The notes below the pieces were generated by a model. That model saw nothing but the letters and a program-made list of their open reading frames with translations, searched no databases and was not told where the DNA came from. 64,000 nt of DNA from Nitrospiraceae bacterium (GTDB lineage Bacteria; Nitrospirota; Nitrospiria; Nitrospirales; Nitrospiraceae). The stretch's first letter is position 1. Each line of letters opens with the position of its first letter. The stretch covers positions 192,001 to 256,000 of the forward strand of contig JBFWWG010000002.1 in the NCBI GenBank assembly GCA_050246315.1, given 5' to 3'. A program made the position numbers and the translations under genes. Of the stretch, positions 22,036 to 31,597 are shown one piece after another.

Positions 22036-23424
22036 ATGAACGGACGCGATCGGATGAAACGCGCGACCCTGCATACCCTGGGTTGCCGGTTGAACCAGGC
22101 CGAAACTGCGCACCTGGCTGGCCGTCTCAAGACCAAAGGCTACAGGCTTGTCGAATTCGGAGAACCGACGGACCTGCTTGTGCTGAACACCTGCTCCGTT
22201 ACGCAGGACGCGGAACGGGATTCTCGCCGCGCAGTCCGGAGCACCTTGCGCCATTCACCCAAGGCCTTTGTCGCCGTGACCGGTTGCTATGCCCAAACCG
22301 GCGTGGAGGCGCTCCAGGGGATGGATGGAATCGACATGATCGTCGGTTCTCAGTTCAAGATGACCTTGCCCGATCTCCTCCCATCCCCCGAGGCGCTTTC
22401 GAAGCCGCCGTCACCTCACATTCTCCATAGCAAACGGATCGCACGGGAGGAATTCGTTCTGGACGGAACGGTCGAGTTCGAGGGGACGAGGGCGACCCTC
22501 AAGATCCAGGATGGCTGTGATGTGATGTGCTCCTTCTGTATCATTCCCCTCGCGAGGGGGCGCTCGCGCAGCCGGGCGCTCAGCGACGTGCTGCGCGAGG
22601 GTGGCGAGTTGGTCGCCAAGGGTTACAAGGAATTGGTGCTGTCCGGTGTGAACATCGGAGAATATGAATCCGGTGGGGCCGGACTGGTGGATCTCATCAA
22701 ATTGTTGGAACTCCTACCCGGTATCGAACGGATCAGAATTTCCTCGATCGAGCCGACGACCGTGACGGCCGCACTGCTCGACCACATGGCCCGATCAAAT
22801 CGACTTTGCCGACACCTGCATATTCCTCTGCAAAGCGGCAGCGATACGCTGCTCACAGCCATGAACCGGCCCTACACTGTTACGGATTTCACCGGGCTCA
22901 TCGAGCTGGCGGACAGGTTGATTCCAGATGTCTGTATCGGCACCGACCTGCTGGTGGGCTTTCCAGGTGAACAGCCCGAACAGCATGAGGCGACGATCTC
23001 GTTGGTTTCGGCGCTTCCGATCGCCTATTTTCATGTCTTTCCCTATTCGGCCCGACCCAGTACGCCGGCCGCCAAGATGGCTGCGCAGGTTCGAAGCGCA
23101 ACCATCACTGAGCGCACCGGCCGCCTGACCGAGCTCTCCCGCGCCAAACGGGTGGCCTACTATCAGCGATTCCTCGGGCATCGCCTCCCCGTCCTCTTCG
23201 AGCGGCCTGGCAGGAAGGGCCGGCGCATCGGCTTCACGGACAATTACCTCCGCGTACAGGTTTCCGGCGACGAGGATCTCACAAATGTCGTTCGAGCGGT
23301 CGAAATCACGGCCGTGCAAGATGGACTCGCATTGGGACACCTGGTATCTTCGCGTCCGGACGCAAGGACGCCGTTGCCTCTTCTCGCTGAACCCAATATA
23401 GACGGAACCATCTGCACCCAATGA
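22036..23424 (+). CDS. mtaB: tRNA t6A37 methylthiotransferase
   Basis: TLGCRLNQAE, NTCSVT, KIQDGCDVMCSFC radical SAM motif, HVFPYSARP, TRAM-like C-terminus. Confidence 0.88.
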   Translation: MNGRDRMKRATLHTLGCRLNQAETAHLAGRLKTKGYRLVEFGEPTDLLVLNTCSVTQDAERDSRRAVRSTLRHSPKAFVAVTGCYAQTGVEALQGMDGIDMIVGSQFKMTLPDLLPSPEALSKPPSPHILHSKRIAREEFVLDGTVEFEGTRATLKIQDGCDVMCSFCIIPLARGRSRSRALSDVLREGGELVAKGYKELVLSGVNIGEYESGGAGLVDLIKLLELLPGIERIRISSIEPTTVTAALLDHMARSNRLCRHLHIPLQSGSDTLLTAMNRPYTVTDFTGLIELADRLIPDVCIGTDLLVGFPGEQPEQHEATISLVSALPIAYFHVFPYSARPSTPAAKMAAQVRSATITERTGRLTELSRAKRVAYYQRFLGHRLPVLFERPGRKGRRIGFTDNYLRVQVSGDEDLTNVVRAVEITAVQDGLALGHLVSSRPDARTPLPLLAEPNIDGTICTQ

Positions 23425-24770
23425 ACCATCCGCGTGTTCATATCGAAACGTTCGGCTGTCAGATGAACGAGTATGACTCGGAACTGGTCCGCTCGTTGCT
23501 CAAGCAAGAGGGGTTTGTGCTCACGGATGTGCAGGAAGCGGCCGACGTCGTCCTGATGAACACCTGTGCAATCCGGGAACACGCTCACACCAGGGTTTAC
23601 GGCCATCTCGCCGAGCTGAAGGCGATCAAGCGACAACGCCCGTTGGTGGTCGGCATCCTCGGGTGCATGGCGCAAAATCTGAAAAAGGACCTCACGGACG
23701 CCCAGCCGATTGTAGATCTTCTCGTCGGGCCGGACGGCTACCGCCAGCTTCCGGGAATGCTCAGGAAAGCCTGGCAGGGGTTGGAGGAGGGCGACACCGG
23801 TCGGCAAATGGCGGTCGACCTCTCGGAGTATGAGACCTACGAAGGCATCCTCCCTGACCGAACTCCGGGGGTCAACGCCTGGATCGCGGTCATGCGTGGG
23901 TGCGACAATTTCTGCACGTTTTGCGTCGTCCCTTACACCCGCGGACGCGAACGCTCACGCGACCCGGAGAGCATCCTGCACGAAACCCGCCTGCTGGCCG
24001 ACCAAGGACATAGGCAGGTGACCCTCCTTGGGCAGAATGTGAACTCCTACCGCTCCGACGGGTGGGATTTCGCGCGCCTGATCATTGCGGTCGCCGATGT
24101 TCCTGGAATCGAGCGGGTCCGGTTCACCTCTCCCCATCCGAAGGACTTTCCGCAGTCGTTGCTCGACGCCATCGCACAGCATCCTCGCATCTGCAAACAC
24201 ATTCACCTCCCGTTGCAGGCGGGGAACGACCGGATTCTTGCTCTGATGGATCGAACCTACACGAGGCGGGAATATCTCGATCTGGTCAAGCGCATCAGGA
24301 GGGCTCACCCGAGGATTGCCCTCACGACCGATCTCATTTGCGGGTTTTGCAGCGAATCGGATGGGGAGTTTGAGGACACCCTTTCGGCGGTTGAGGCGGT
24401 GCGCTTTCACTCCGCGTTCGTTTTCAAATACTCGGAGCGCAAAAACACCATTGCGGCAAGGAAGCATCCGGACGATGTCCCGGAATCGGTCAAGGGCGAC
24501 CGGGTCGGCCGGCTCGTCGAGGCACAGCGGCGTATCTCGCTGGCCCTCGCTCGTTCGCGCATCGGGCAAACCGTCTCCGTCCTGGTCGAGGGGACCGCAA
24601 GAAAATCGGCCGCTCAATGGATGGGCAAGACGGACGATAATCTGACGGTGGTATGGGATAAGACCAAGGCAACGAACACAATACCCGGACAATTCCGCCA
24701 AATCTTCATCGAGGGGGCGACAGCCGCCACCCTCTTGGGCTGCGAGGCCCCCACAGTGTCTGCCGACTAA
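23421..24770 (+). CDS. miaB: tRNA i6A37 methylthiotransferase
   Basis: TFGCQMNEYDS, NTCAIRE, GCDNFCTFCVVPYTRGRERSR, LLGQNVNSY, FTSPHP. Confidence 0.93.
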   Translation: MNHPRVHIETFGCQMNEYDSELVRSLLKQEGFVLTDVQEAADVVLMNTCAIREHAHTRVYGHLAELKAIKRQRPLVVGILGCMAQNLKKDLTDAQPIVDLLVGPDGYRQLPGMLRKAWQGLEEGDTGRQMAVDLSEYETYEGILPDRTPGVNAWIAVMRGCDNFCTFCVVPYTRGRERSRDPESILHETRLLADQGHRQVTLLGQNVNSYRSDGWDFARLIIAVADVPGIERVRFTSPHPKDFPQSLLDAIAQHPRICKHIHLPLQAGNDRILALMDRTYTRREYLDLVKRIRRAHPRIALTTDLICGFCSESDGEFEDTLSAVEAVRFHSAFVFKYSERKNTIAARKHPDDVPESVKGDRVGRLVEAQRRISLALARSRIGQTVSVLVEGTARKSAAQWMGKTDDNLTVVWDKTKATNTIPGQFRQIFIEGATAATLLGCEAPTVSAD

Positions 24771-25124
24771 CGGCCAGACCCTCTCCTTTATCCCGAACCG
24801 AAACCATTCACTGCGACTGTTCTCCACTCATCGACCGTGTACAATTTTCGACCTCGCTGCACGTTTCTGCGTACGTCTCCTTCATGGAGGCTGTCCGATC
24901 TCCATGCGGCGCCTGGCGGATGTCGGCTGGCGGCGTCGCCAGCTCATCAACAACGGGATCTCAGGCATCGTCAGTAGGGGTCAAGAATACTATCGGCATA
25001 TCAATGTGTTAGTAGCTTGTGTGATTGAAGGCAGACGTGTGGTCATCTGGAAACACTTACTCACCGGAGACCGGAAGCCTGCTCCTGAATCAATTCATCA
25101 CCGCAAGTTCAACCTCTCCAATCC

Positions 25125-25140
25125 AGGCATATCGATTGCT
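25125..25140 (+). promoter_or_regulatory. Putative sigma54 (-24/-12) promoter
   Basis: AGGCATATCGATTGCT = GG-N10-GC with TTGC. Confidence 0.55.
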
Positions 25141-25201
25141 TTACTAAGGTGATCCGAAGGCCGACACCGTCAACTTCATTACCAAGGATTAAGCAGCACA
25201 C

Positions 25202-25285
25202 ATGAGTCTTGAAGCAGTCATTTCGATCGGACTGGTAGGATGGATGGCTTTGGGCTTTGTCCTCATGGGCTTGGGCATCTGGTAA
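25202..25285 (+). CDS. Putative 27-aa single-TM small protein
   Basis: MSLEAVISIGLVGWMALGFVLMGLGIW*, almost entirely hydrophobic, downstream of the sigma54-like site. Confidence 0.45.
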   Translation: MSLEAVISIGLVGWMALGFVLMGLGIW

Positions 25286-25366
25286 TCTCCCGATTCCAAC
25301 CGCCCTTCTTCGCTCCCTGGAAACCCGTCATAACCGCTAATCCCTTCTCGACACCTGAGGTGTCCC

Positions 25367-26365
25367 ATGCGGAACGCAAGGTCGAATCGCACCCATCCTG
25401 GAACTTGTCGAGCATCCCTCTGGATAACCCTGAGCCTGCTTATCATTCTCTCGGCGGGTGGCTGCTCGAGCCTGTTGCAGGAGAGTCGTAATGTCCAGAT
25501 AGGAAACCAGGGAACAGTCGAGATTGAGGAGATCGTGGACTGGTCCTTCGAGGCCAGTCATCCCATCGTCATCGATCGGGACACGATCATCCGAATCCTT
25601 CGTGGTATCCATGTTGGGAACGGACAGGGCTCGGAGGCGTTCACCGATCGGGAAGTCGAAATTCTTTCCCCCTCGATTTCAACCGCGTTGGCAAAAGCAC
25701 GCCCGGAGCAGATCGTCGTGTTTCAGGTTATTTCCAGACTCGACAACGCGCCGGAGGCAACAGGCGGAACGATCTATGTGAAGGGTCAATCGGTTTATCT
25801 CACGTTGACCCAGTTCCGATCCAAGCCGATCCACACCGGCTTTTGGTCCTGGGCTACGTCCAAACCTGTTCCTCCTCAAGAACTAATCACCGGGGCTCTA
25901 ACCTTCCGTCCTGAGTCCACGGTCCGGATGCAGCGCGCCGCCCCTGAGGTCGCCATGAATTACGCCAACCTCTCCACGTTAGTGATTGACTATCTTGTCC
26001 TGGCCCGACTCCCAGACCATGAACTCATGCCCGCAGCGGCAGAGCCGCAGACCATCACGACAACGGGGGCCGCCCCAGACGACCAGCCGCCGGTTCAGTT
26101 CTACCCAGGCTCACCGCTGCTCGTACCGGCCCTGCCCACGGTTCAGAGTCAGGAGCGAAGCACACAGGCAGCGCAAGACCGACCGGCTTTTGTGCCCGCC
26201 GTCTCGACTCCTCCGAGCGAGTCTGCGGCATCCACAACTCAGGCCGGCGCTCAACCTGCTCACAAGGATCAGGCGAGGCACAGCAAGGTCGTCAAGAGCA
26301 AGAAACCTCCGAAACCCTCTTCCAAGGCCAGTGTCAAGAAAGTCCCGCAGACAGACACGCGCTAG
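25367..26365 (+). CDS. Hypothetical lipoprotein with Pro/Ala/Lys-rich C-terminal tail
   Basis: Hydrophobic segment ending AGGC; GAGG SD. Confidence 0.7.
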   Translation: MRNARSNRTHPGTCRASLWITLSLLIILSAGGCSSLLQESRNVQIGNQGTVEIEEIVDWSFEASHPIVIDRDTIIRILRGIHVGNGQGSEAFTDREVEILSPSISTALAKARPEQIVVFQVISRLDNAPEATGGTIYVKGQSVYLTLTQFRSKPIHTGFWSWATSKPVPPQELITGALTFRPESTVRMQRAAPEVAMNYANLSTLVIDYLVLARLPDHELMPAAAEPQTITTTGAAPDDQPPVQFYPGSPLLVPALPTVQSQERSTQAAQDRPAFVPAVSTPPSESAASTTQAGAQPAHKDQARHSKVVKSKKPPKPSSKASVKKVPQTDTR

Positions 26366-26646
26366 CCCACATTATTATTCATGACGGTTCGTCGCGAAAT
26401 TGTGGACTCGCTATGCCAGACGGGCACGCAAAGCCATGAGGAAGGGAGGCGGACTTGAAACAGTCTGTTGACTGACTGAACGGCGAGCCCGCCCGCCATA
26501 CCAAGCTTCGCTTGGGCCGGCGGCTCATCGGGCGCAGCCCGTCTTCATTGATGCCGCCGGAGAAACACCTTCAGCGATTCTTCCCCTTCTTTTCCATATC
26601 AAGCTTTGCTTGAACCGCCGCGTTCGATCACATCAATGCGGGCTAG
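26362..26646 (+). mobile_element. MITE-like element, copy A
   Basis: CTAG at both ends (26362-26365, 26643-26646), imperfect TIR CCC(A/G)CATT; first ~125 bp match the reverse complement of 42233-42357. Confidence 0.65.
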
Positions 26647-26653
26647 AAGGCCG

Positions 26654-27358
26654 TTACGGAGTATGGCAGAGGTCGCTGTGCAGCAGAACCACCTCGCGTG
26701 AAAGCGGGGTTCGAAAGGTCATCCGGGAGTAGCAGGCATAGGTCACGTAGACATCCTGGAGACAATAGAGCGCCACCTCCTTCTCCTCTCCGCGTTCCCA
26801 CATGGCCAGCACCTGTCCTCCGCTGCCCGATTTATTGTCCACCTGCAGTGCACGAGCTAGGACATCCAACTTGATCCAGCCTCTCGTCTCCCAGTTGCTC
26901 CAGACCGCCATCGTGTCGTAGACGGGGTCGGTCCTGAAGCGTGCCAAGCTTATCTCGACCGGCGGCTTCACATGATGAATGATGGAACGTTTTTTGATGA
27001 AGGGCAGGTCGAAACCCAGCCCGTTGTGGGTAACATACAGGGAGGGCCGTTCCTTCCCAATCCGCTGCCAGAACTGCTGGAGTAGCTTCCGTTCATCGTT
27101 GCCGTACCAGGCCACCGCACCCCTCGGCTCCATGTCGTCGCTGAACAGCACCAAGCCGATGCAGACGATACGGCTGAATGTCCCGTCGAAACTGGATCGC
27201 TCGTAGAGTTCATCCTCGGTTTTTCGCTGAGCATCGGCTTCCGCCAACGCGAAGAGGTCGTCCGCCTGAAGGTCGGCACCGTGCAACACCCGCCCGGTTA
27301 ATCTGGCCCACTCCTCGCGGGGAGCGGGAATCGTCTCTATATCGAGCACCACCTTCAT
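26654..27358 (-). CDS. Stand-alone DEDD 3'-5' exonuclease (PolB proofreading-like)
   Basis: ExoI VLDIET, ExoII THNGLGFD, ExoIII YCLQDV. Confidence 0.85.
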   Translation of the reverse strand: MKVVLDIETIPAPREEWARLTGRVLHGADLQADDLFALAEADAQRKTEDELYERSSFDGTFSRIVCIGLVLFSDDMEPRGAVAWYGNDERKLLQQFWQRIGKERPSLYVTHNGLGFDLPFIKKRSIIHHVKPPVEISLARFRTDPVYDTMAVWSNWETRGWIKLDVLARALQVDNKSGSGGQVLAMWERGEEKEVALYCLQDVYVTYACYSRMTFRTPLSREVVLLHSDLCHTP

Positions 27359-27443
27359 CGTGTACCCTTCTCAGAAATCGACCATTTCGGAGAGCGACCC
27401 TTCTCGGTCGGTAGATTCCATCCCTCCATAGGAGTGCCTCCGA

Positions 27444-27857
27444 TTACGGGAGTTGAGAGGGCTCCGCCTGGAGTCGCTCAATCAACTCAGCATCGGCCGG
27501 CGGAAAGGCAAAGTCGGAAAGTTCTCCGGGCGTGACCCAGCGAAGCTCCGAGCAACCCAACGGTCGTGCCTCTCCCGCTTCGATACGGCAACGGAAAAAA
27601 TGCAACTCGACCCGACGCTCTGGATAGTCATGATTCACCACGCAGAGAGGAATGGGGAGGCTGATTCGCACCGCCAGTTCCTCCCACAATTCCCGTTTCA
27701 GGCAATCAACTGGATCCTCGCCTGAGTCACATTTGCCGCCGGGGAACTCCCAGAGGCCTCCCAGATGTGCGTCAGCTTTCCGTTTGGCGATGAGATAGCG
27801 CCCGCCTTGGCCGATGACCCCCGCCGCAACCCTGGTCACAGGCAGCGGGCCGCTCAT
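27444..27857 (-). CDS. mutT: 8-oxo-dGTP diphosphatase (MutT-type Nudix)
   Basis: HLGGLWEFPGGK..GE...CLKRELWEE Nudix box, FPPAD; ATGA overlap with mutY stop. Confidence 0.8.
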   Translation of the reverse strand: MSGPLPVTRVAAGVIGQGGRYLIAKRKADAHLGGLWEFPGGKCDSGEDPVDCLKRELWEELAVRISLPIPLCVVNHDYPERRVELHFFRCRIEAGEARPLGCSELRWVTPGELSDFAFPPADAELIERLQAEPSQLP

Positions 27858-28600
27858 GCAGGACGACCGTCGCAAGGATAGCTCTTGCAGAAACGCTTCA
27901 TGGGACACAAGAGACAGTAAGGATCCCTGGCAGTGCAGACCAGCGCCCCAAAATCCATCACCGCTTGGTTGAAGTCATACCCTTTGCCTCTCGGAATCAG
28001 CGCTTCGGACAGCGCCCAGAGCAGAGCTTTGTTCGACTTGGGATTTCCCTGCCCGAGAAAGACCCGCTGCAACACCCGCATGACATTGGTATCCAGGATC
28101 GGCGCATCCTGATTGAAGGCAAACGAACGGATGGCACCGGCCGTATACCGACCGATTCCCTTGAAGGACAATAACTCATCGGCCTCACTCGGCAGTCGGC
28201 CTCCGTACCGCGACACCGTTTCACGGGCGATACTGTGCAGACGATAGGGCCTCACGTTATATCCAAGGGGGTACCAAGTCGCGCGTACCTCCTCCGGACG
28301 CGCCGTTGCCAGTGCGTCGAATGTCGGGAATCGCTCGAGAAACTCATGGTACTTAGGGATCACGCGATCGACCTGCGTCTGCTGGAGCATGACTTCCGAT
28401 ACCAAAATCTTGTAAGGATCGGAGGTGCGCCGCCAGGGCAAATCACGGCCGAACTCTCGATACCATTTCAACAGAGCCCGTGCGAAACGCCGCCTTTCAA
28501 GCGCGCTGACGGCGGCCGACTCACTGCGACGACCGCGGACGGAATGCCGAGAGGAGGATCCGTCGCGTGGACGGGACCGGGCTGAACTTTTCTTGGCCAT
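27854..28600 (-). CDS. mutY: A/G-specific adenine glycosylase, catalytic domain only
   Basis: RDLPWR, VSEVMLQQTQV, HhH GIGRYTAGAI, LDTNV, C-x6-C-x2-C-x5-C FeS motif; no C-terminal domain. Confidence 0.85.
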   Translation of the reverse strand: MAKKSSARSRPRDGSSSRHSVRGRRSESAAVSALERRRFARALLKWYREFGRDLPWRRTSDPYKILVSEVMLQQTQVDRVIPKYHEFLERFPTFDALATARPEEVRATWYPLGYNVRPYRLHSIARETVSRYGGRLPSEADELLSFKGIGRYTAGAIRSFAFNQDAPILDTNVMRVLQRVFLGQGNPKSNKALLWALSEALIPRGKGYDFNQAVMDFGALVCTARDPYCLLCPMKRFCKSYPCDGRPA

Positions 28601-28833
28601 AATGAAAGACTTAAGCGGAATGAGGCTGGATTGTAGGAATCTTCCGATCGAAAGTAAACCTGTGTCCGCTCAGACAGTGAACACAAACCGATATTGCAAT
28701 TCCCAGGGAGTCCTCCCTATTCTGAGGTAAGATGAAAGCAGAGAATCGCAAAGTCCATCGACGCATCCAATGGACGCGCAACACGACGGAGAGCGCATTG
28801 TTTGGCCCGATCCTTGAGGCCAAGAGCGCTGTT

Positions 28834-29370
28834 CTACCGTGATGGTCCAAGGCTGGCGACATAGAGCGGATAGATGCCGGTCTTGGCATCCGACACATAA
28901 CGCGCCAGCACATCACGAATCACCGGAAAGGCCAAGGAGTCCCAGGGAATCCGATCATGTACGAACAGGTCCACCTCCAGGCTTTCGGGGCCGGCGCGAA
29001 ACTCCGGCACCGCCAGTTTCCCCCGAAATACCATATAGACCTGGCCGATGTGGGGCATGCTCACCACCGCATACAACTGGCACGCCTGCACGGTCGCCTG
29101 TGCCTCCTCCAGCGTTTCCCGACAGGCCGCTTCCTCCGTGCCCTCCCCGAGTTCCATGAATCCGGCGGGGAACGTCCAGAATCCCACTCGTGGATCGATG
29201 GCTCGCCGGCACAGCAGCACACGGTCTTCCCATTCCACGATGCAGCCGGCGACGATTTTCGGGTTTTCGTAGAGGATCGTATCGCACAGATCGCACACCA
29301 GTCTTTGCAAGTGATCGCCGGGCGGGACTTTCCTGCCGAGGGGCGCCGCGCACTGGGGGCAGAACTTCAT
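28834..29370 (-). CDS. Nudix hydrolase with N-terminal Zn ribbon
   Basis: MKFCPQC...CDLC..YENP, PAGFMELGE...RETLEE. Confidence 0.85.
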   Translation of the reverse strand: MKFCPQCAAPLGRKVPPGDHLQRLVCDLCDTILYENPKIVAGCIVEWEDRVLLCRRAIDPRVGFWTFPAGFMELGEGTEEAACRETLEEAQATVQACQLYAVVSMPHIGQVYMVFRGKLAVPEFRAGPESLEVDLFVHDRIPWDSLAFPVIRDVLARYVSDAKTGIYPLYVASLGPSR

Positions 29371-29403
29371 GGGTGCCGGTAACATCGCACGAGTTGTTGC
29401 TCC

Positions 29404-31440
29404 ATGCATAGCATAGAGGCCCGGCGCTTTGCATCAGGTTGGCGGCTGTTCATTCTCGTCACGCTGGTGCTCTTGGGAGCCTGCCGATCATCTCTGCCGG
29501 AATTGCCCATCATGCCCATCGAGCCTCCGCTGCCGCCCGGGCTCCGCATCGACCCGGCGGTCGCGCGCCTGGCTCGCCAAGTCGTCCCCCTGCTTGAATC
29601 CAACGTCGGCTCGCACAATAAGGCCACGCTCTTGGCGCTGACCGGGGCGCGCACCTTTCCCGCCATCGGGAAGCGTGGCGATGCCCTCGATATTCTGCTG
29701 GACCCCTGGCAAGGCATGACCCAACTGGAATCCTATGGGCTCCTCGTCAGCGCGCTCTCCAAACACGGAGTTGAGGGGTTGGACGACCTGCTGCTGACCT
29801 TGGAGAAGAGCCGAATCAAACCGGACCATGAGATATTGGCGACCAAGCGGCTCGGTGGTAGCGAGAAGGCCGCCGGCGATACGTTGGCCGCGTTGCTCGA
29901 ACAAGTGAAACACCATTGCGAACGCGCCATGCGGCGGCTGTCGACTGAAGACCGCCAGTTTCTCTTTGACCACGCGATGCGGTTTCTCGATGATTTCAGT
30001 CCCCAGTTTACGGATCCTGACAGTCAGACAAAATTTCTGCTCTACAGCAACCGGCGCTTTATCCAACTCATCCAAGAGTATGTGGATTATGATGCGCTGG
30101 TCACAGCCGCCCAACTCGCGACGAAACTGGGAAGCATGGACTTGCTGCGTAACCTCAACGAATCCCTCCGCACAGGCGCTAAGGTCAAGAAACCGCCGGA
30201 GGGCGTGAAGGGGGATGTGCTGCTGGTTCGCGAGACTACGGCCGGCACCATTGTGGTGGGAGGGCCTGGCTCCAACACCTACCAACTCGACGGCCGGATT
30301 GCCTTGATCATCGACCTCGGCGGCGACGACGTCTACCGGGGGGTCATCGCGGCGTCGGGTCATGCGGAACAATCCGTCCATATCGTGATTGATCTGGCAG
30401 GCAACGACGCCTACTCCCCCAGCGTGCCGCTCGGGTTGGCGACAGGACGAGGTGGCATCGGGCTCCTCATCGACAAGTCCGGCAACGACAGTTACGAGTT
30501 ATCCGAAGGGTCTGGAGGAACCGGATTTGCGGGGATCGGCCTCCTGTACGATGAAAACGGAAATGACATCTATACCGGTTCCAAATTCACCCAAGGCGCC
30601 GCGATCGGCGGGTTGGGGCTGCTCCTGGATGTCGAAGGAGACGATCAGTACCAAAGCTTCGGTTATGCGGTCGGCTTCGCTGGACCAGGCGGCATCGGGG
30701 TCGTCGCCGACCTGTCGGGCCACGACAATTACCAATGTGGACACAAATACTCGAGCATATACAATGCCGTCGATGTCCCCGACGGTGATCGCAGCAGTCC
30801 TCTGTATCAGTTCGAATGTTTCGGCGTCGGAGTCGGATCAGGCATCCGCGTCCTCTCCAAGAACCAGGATGATCTGGCCTATGCCCTCGCGGGCGGTCTC
30901 GGAATGTTGCTCGAATTGGAAGGGGACGACCATTACCAGACGGCTAACTTTTCTCAGGGGACCGGTTACTTCTTCGGCACCGGGGTCAAGTTGGATTTAG
31001 GAGGAAACGACGACCACTTGGCCGCCCGTTACGGGATTGCAGCCGGAGCGCATTATGGAGCCGGCCTCTTCATCGACTATCAGGGGGCGGACTACTACGA
31101 CTCGACCGGCCCCCATTACAACGCGGGCGCCGCCTGGGATGCGAGTGTCATGCTCGGAATCGACGCCGGATCGGATGACGACATCTATTCCTTCGAACGT
31201 TCCAACGGTTTGGGAATCAGCCAACACAATGCCTGGAGCGCCTTTATTGAAGAAGGCGGGAAGGATCGTTACCTGGTCCCACGCGGGCTTGGGGTGGCCG
31301 AAGCCGGAAGCGTGGCAACCTTCTTCGATCTGGCAGGCGCCGACTACTATGCCCGCACCTTCCCCGCCGGCAGCGGCAGACGCAACAACCAGGAGACGGT
31401 CTCGGACAGTCCCGGGTCTCTGTTCGTCGATCGCCAGTGA
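29404..31440 (+). CDS. Large lipoprotein with about 12 D-x-x-G-x-D-x-Y repeats
   Basis: LLGAC lipobox; DLGGDDVY, DLAGNDAY, DKSGNDSY, DENGNDIY, DVEGDDQY, DLSGHDNY etc. Confidence 0.75.
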   Translation: MHSIEARRFASGWRLFILVTLVLLGACRSSLPELPIMPIEPPLPPGLRIDPAVARLARQVVPLLESNVGSHNKATLLALTGARTFPAIGKRGDALDILLDPWQGMTQLESYGLLVSALSKHGVEGLDDLLLTLEKSRIKPDHEILATKRLGGSEKAAGDTLAALLEQVKHHCERAMRRLSTEDRQFLFDHAMRFLDDFSPQFTDPDSQTKFLLYSNRRFIQLIQEYVDYDALVTAAQLATKLGSMDLLRNLNESLRTGAKVKKPPEGVKGDVLLVRETTAGTIVVGGPGSNTYQLDGRIALIIDLGGDDVYRGVIAASGHAEQSVHIVIDLAGNDAYSPSVPLGLATGRGGIGLLIDKSGNDSYELSEGSGGTGFAGIGLLYDENGNDIYTGSKFTQGAAIGGLGLLLDVEGDDQYQSFGYAVGFAGPGGIGVVADLSGHDNYQCGHKYSSIYNAVDVPDGDRSSPLYQFECFGVGVGSGIRVLSKNQDDLAYALAGGLGMLLELEGDDHYQTANFSQGTGYFFGTGVKLDLGGNDDHLAARYGIAAGAHYGAGLFIDYQGADYYDSTGPHYNAGAAWDASVMLGIDAGSDDDIYSFERSNGLGISQHNAWSAFIEEGGKDRYLVPRGLGVAEAGSVATFFDLAGADYYARTFPAGSGRRNNQETVSDSPGSLFVDRQ

Positions 31441-31597
31441 GCGACAGCCCGACCACCCCTGAAAAAGCATGATCTTCCGCCTTCGGCTCCCCGTCTTCCA
31501 CTTCGCTCCGGCCCCGTTTGCTTGACTTCGGCTCGCCCGTGTCTATCTCCAACGAGGAACCGCTACTCGGCGGTCCCGCAGGAGGAGAGGAGAGACC

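Noticed and set aside
21850..22254. N-terminal extension of the 21448-22254 ORF
   Set aside because: It overlaps mtaB antisense; the SD and signal peptide support a start at 21849.
22036..24770. Tandem radical SAM genes as a novel pathway
   Set aside because: They are recognisable as the ordinary tRNA methylthiotransferases MtaB and MiaB.
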